Positions 62,334 through 64,000 of a stretch of 64,000 nucleotides of DNA are shown here, piece after piece. Numbering within the stretch: the first letter of the stretch is position 1; the number at the start of each line of letters is the position of its first letter. Origin of the DNA: an uncultured Spirochaetales bacterium (lineage in GTDB: Bacteria > Spirochaetota > Spirochaetia > DSM-27196 > CAZFLD01); assembly GCA_964519835.1 (NCBI GenBank), contig CAZFLD010000002.1, positions 73,730-137,729 of the forward strand, read 5' to 3'. Under the pieces are notes generated by a model, which was not told the origin of the DNA, did not search any database, and saw only the letters and a list, made by a program, of their open reading frames with translations. The translations under genes and the position numbers were made by a program.

Positions 62334-64000
62334 ATGGAGTTCCATCCACTCGACAGATATTACACGGGTGTAGCGGTGCCCGTGTCCGCGTTACGGACCG
62401 AGCTGGACACCGGTGTTGGCGAATTTGCCGATCTGGTGGAACTTGGAACGTGGGCGCGGGAAGCAGGTCTGTCGGTCATTCAGATATTGCCCGTGAACGA
62501 CACCGGCAACTTCGCGTCGCCGTATAGCGCGCTTTCGGCCATCGCCCTTCATCCGATCTACATCAGAATATCCGATCTACCGGAGGCACATACTCCGCAC
62601 CTCGACGATTTGGCGCGGCTAAAGAGCGATTTGGACTCGCTGACACGCGTGGATTATCAACGAGTTCTCTCGGGAAAGCTCGAAATCCTTCGAAACGTCT
62701 ACGACGCGGCACGGGACGGCGGTTTTGACTTCTCCGGCCTCGATGCCTGGATTGCCGACAACACGTGGGTTCGGCCGTACGGGGTATTTCGCACACTGCG
62801 CGAGCGGTATGGGGAACAAGCGTGGACCGACTGGGAGGAGCACAAGAATCCAACGGACTCGGATATCGATCGGCTTTGGACGGAGCTCCCGGACGCCCGG
62901 TTTTTCGCGTGGATACAATGGCGGCTGGAAGATCAGCTAAAAGATGCGGCCGAAGCGTGTCGCAACATGGGCGTTGCGCTCAAGGGTGACCTGCCGATCC
63001 TCATGGAGGAAGACAGCTGTGACGTCTGGTACCGGCGCGACATATTCCAAACCGAGCTCCGTGCGGGAGCACCGCCGGACTTTTTCAGCACCCTGGGACA
63101 GAACTGGGGGTTCCCGGCATACGATTGGGACCAAATCGAAAAAAATAAGTTCTCCTGGTGGCATGCCCGCCTTGCGCAGGCGGATAAGTTTTACCAAGCG
63201 TTTCGTATCGACCACGTCTTAGGATTCTTCCGCCTCTGGGTCATCCCCTCTGCCAACAGCTCGGGATTGATCGGCTATTTCGAGCCGTCGGCTCCGATCA
63301 CCGAGGCCGACCTCCGGGCGATCGGACTCCCTGAGCACCGCGTGGTCTGGCTGTCCGAGCCGCATGTACGTGGTTCCATGATCCGCGAGGAATTTGGAGA
63401 TAGTGCGACCGAGATCCTCAACACGTTTTTTGCCCGGATCGGCAACGAGGACCTGTTTCTGTTTGCGCCGTCGGTAGATGGCGAGCGCTTTATCGAGGAA
63501 CACTGCGCCGACGATCAAATCCGCGGTCGCCTCCTCGAGCTGTATCGTGACCGGGCGTTGTTAAAGCGTGAAGACGGCGTGTACGCGCCGGCGTGGAACT
63601 TTAACAAGTGCACGCGCTTCTCAACGCTCTCGGCCGACGAGCAGCGCGCCTTCGCGGACCTCGTGGCCGACAAGCGCGAGCAATCCGAAAACCTCTGGGC
63701 CGAGCAGGGCCGGCGGCTGCTCTCCGGCCTGACCGGGGAGGTGTCGATGTTGGCCTGTGCCGAGGATCTGGGGGTCATTCCCCGCGCGGTTCCGGAGACG
63801 CTCTCCTCACTCGAGATCTTGGGATTGCGTGTGCCGAGGTGGGCAAAGTGGTACGGCACGGAGGGTGAACCCTTTATCCACCCGAAGGACTATCCCTACC
63901 TTACGGTCTGCGCCCCGTCGGTCCACGACACGAGCACCATTCGCGGCTGGTTTCACGAGGATCGCCGGGAAGCGGTCGCATTCGCTCGGTCAATAGGGCT
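62334..64000 (+). CDS. malQ: 4-alpha-glucanotransferase (GH77 amylomaltase), 3'-truncated by window edge
   Basis: Hand translation of frame 0: GVGEFADLVELGTWAREAGLSVIQILPVNDT, SPYSALSAIALHP, LGQNWGFPAYDW, FRIDHVLGFFRLW, PSVHDTSTIRGW. The frame is open to nt 64000, so it is not in the ORF track. GGGAGG SD. Confidence 0.85.
   Translation, partial: MEFHPLDRYYTGVAVPVSALRTELDTGVGEFADLVELGTWAREAGLSVIQILPVNDTGNFASPYSALSAIALHPIYIRISDLPEAHTPHLDDLARLKSDLDSLTRVDYQRVLSGKLEILRNVYDAARDGGFDFSGLDAWIADNTWVRPYGVFRTLRERYGEQAWTDWEEHKNPTDSDIDRLWTELPDARFFAWIQWRLEDQLKDAAEACRNMGVALKGDLPILMEEDSCDVWYRRDIFQTELRAGAPPDFFSTLGQNWGFPAYDWDQIEKNKFSWWHARLAQADKFYQAFRIDHVLGFFRLWVIPSANSSGLIGYFEPSAPITEADLRAIGLPEHRVVWLSEPHVRGSMIREEFGDSATEILNTFFARIGNEDLFLFAPSVDGERFIEEHCADDQIRGRLLELYRDRALLKREDGVYAPAWNFNKCTRFSTLSADEQRAFADLVADKREQSENLWAEQGRRLLSGLTGEVSMLACAEDLGVIPRAVPETLSSLEILGLRVPRWAKWYGTEGEPFIHPKDYPYLTVCAPSVHDTSTIRGWFHEDRREAVAFARSIG

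Overview
This is a 64-kb, gene-dense bacterial chromosomal segment of about 60% GC. I call about 58 protein genes and one tRNA-Ala(GGC). I saw no rRNA, CRISPR array, transposase, integrase or phage genes. All homology calls come from reading motifs by eye in the supplied translations; no searches were run.

Most of the content is core housekeeping:
- SpoU methyltransferase, OsmC, a glutaredoxin-like protein, a LonC-like protease and an HK-ATPase/HDOD protein
- NIF3, LspA, and an AddB/AddA-like helicase-nuclease pair
- FabH, FabG-FabF and a CDF transporter
- PntAA-PntAB-PntB, a GAF/HD-GYP protein, and L33-L28 (L33 is missing from the ORF track)
- YidD, a DUF4914-like P-loop protein, a PlsC-like acyltransferase and Lnt
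- a GT4 glycosyltransferase, an S41 protease, RsmE, and a REC/degenerate-GGDEF/EAL protein
- a DOMON protein, a BASS transporter, GGT, and a 3'-truncated MalQ

The gene repertoire and the Glu/Arg/Lys-rich proteins fit a high-GC, possibly thermophilic spirochaete-like organism. That is only a guess.

The items most worth a second look are:
1. A translationally coupled four-gene block at 45.1-50.9 kb: membrane protein, MinD-type ATPase, a 984-988-aa multi-module DUF342/FapA-like protein, and an Lgt-like enzyme whose family signature is broken.
2. A 62-aa protein that is essentially two tandem MshEN-type c-di-GMP-binding motifs, coupled to an unknown 176-aa protein.
3. A CysRS-like protein with two of its four zinc/cysteine-recognition positions substituted and no C-terminal anticodon-binding domain.
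4. A perfectly phased 10-bp tandem repeat array in a divergent promoter region.
5. Two paralogous MoxR-DUF58 modules, one completed by a transglutaminase and the other by a membrane protein that lacks the transglutaminase core.

I found no clear defence island or mobile element. None of these candidates is proven novel from the sequence alone.
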